This document shows, one piece after another, positions 47,121-47,411 of a stretch of 47,411 bases of DNA. Origin of the DNA: Eledone cirrhosa (lineage: Eukaryota); contig CAXHJY010000983.1 of the NCBI GenBank assembly GCA_964016885.1, forward strand, positions 1-47,411, read 5' to 3'. Both the position numbers and the translations under genes were made by a program. Under the pieces are notes generated by a model. The model saw only the letters and a list, made by a program, of their open reading frames with translations, ran no database searches and was not told where the DNA came from. The first letter of the stretch is position 1. The number at the start of each line of letters is the position of its first letter.

Positions 47121-47411
47121 CAACGGCTTATTAATAATTTAATAATATTCAATGTTGATATATTGATATACGGGAAATATATTCCATGTAAAATATATTT
47201 GGTTACTGCATTAACCGGACAATAATCACATCAATGTGATAATGTAGTTTTATAGATATTTATATTAAGTTTAGAATAGGTTAAAAGAAAGAGTTTTTGA
47301 CGGTATATTGACAGAATATTTAGAACGTAAGATAGAATACTTGAGGTATCAATTTCGGGCCTCACTGTTTTGTAAGTTCAAATATAGAGGCGCCTTTAGC
47401 TTTCTTCCTTC

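Overview
Eukaryotic, very AT-rich, microsatellite-dense DNA. The tRNA-derived SINEs and the TA/CA load suggest a cephalopod such as Octopus (inference). Almost all long ORFs in the supplied track are translations of (TA)n/(CA)n repeats. Hidden between the repeats, on the minus strand, is a head-to-tail tandem array of about 5 paralogues (A-E, roughly 11-15 kb apart) of a 6-exon gene built from very small exons (40/18/~112/88/27/60 coding nt) that the ORF track misses. Copy C (32406->23313) splices with matching phases into an intact 114-aa protein: [114 protein letters not shown]. It comprises a signal peptide, a six-cysteine (C-x7-C-x11-C)x2 domain, a G/S-rich linker and a hydrophobic tail resembling a GPI-anchor signal. 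Signal and tail exons and several intron blocks are highly similar between copies, while the mature-domain exon 3 is hypervariable. Copies A, B and D carry single-base lesions or missing exons (pseudogenes or assembly errors); A and E are cut by the window edges. The rest is decayed CR1/L2-like and I-group-like LINEs, Penelope-like fragments with hammerhead-ribozyme-like motifs and long hairpins, SINEs and microsatellites.
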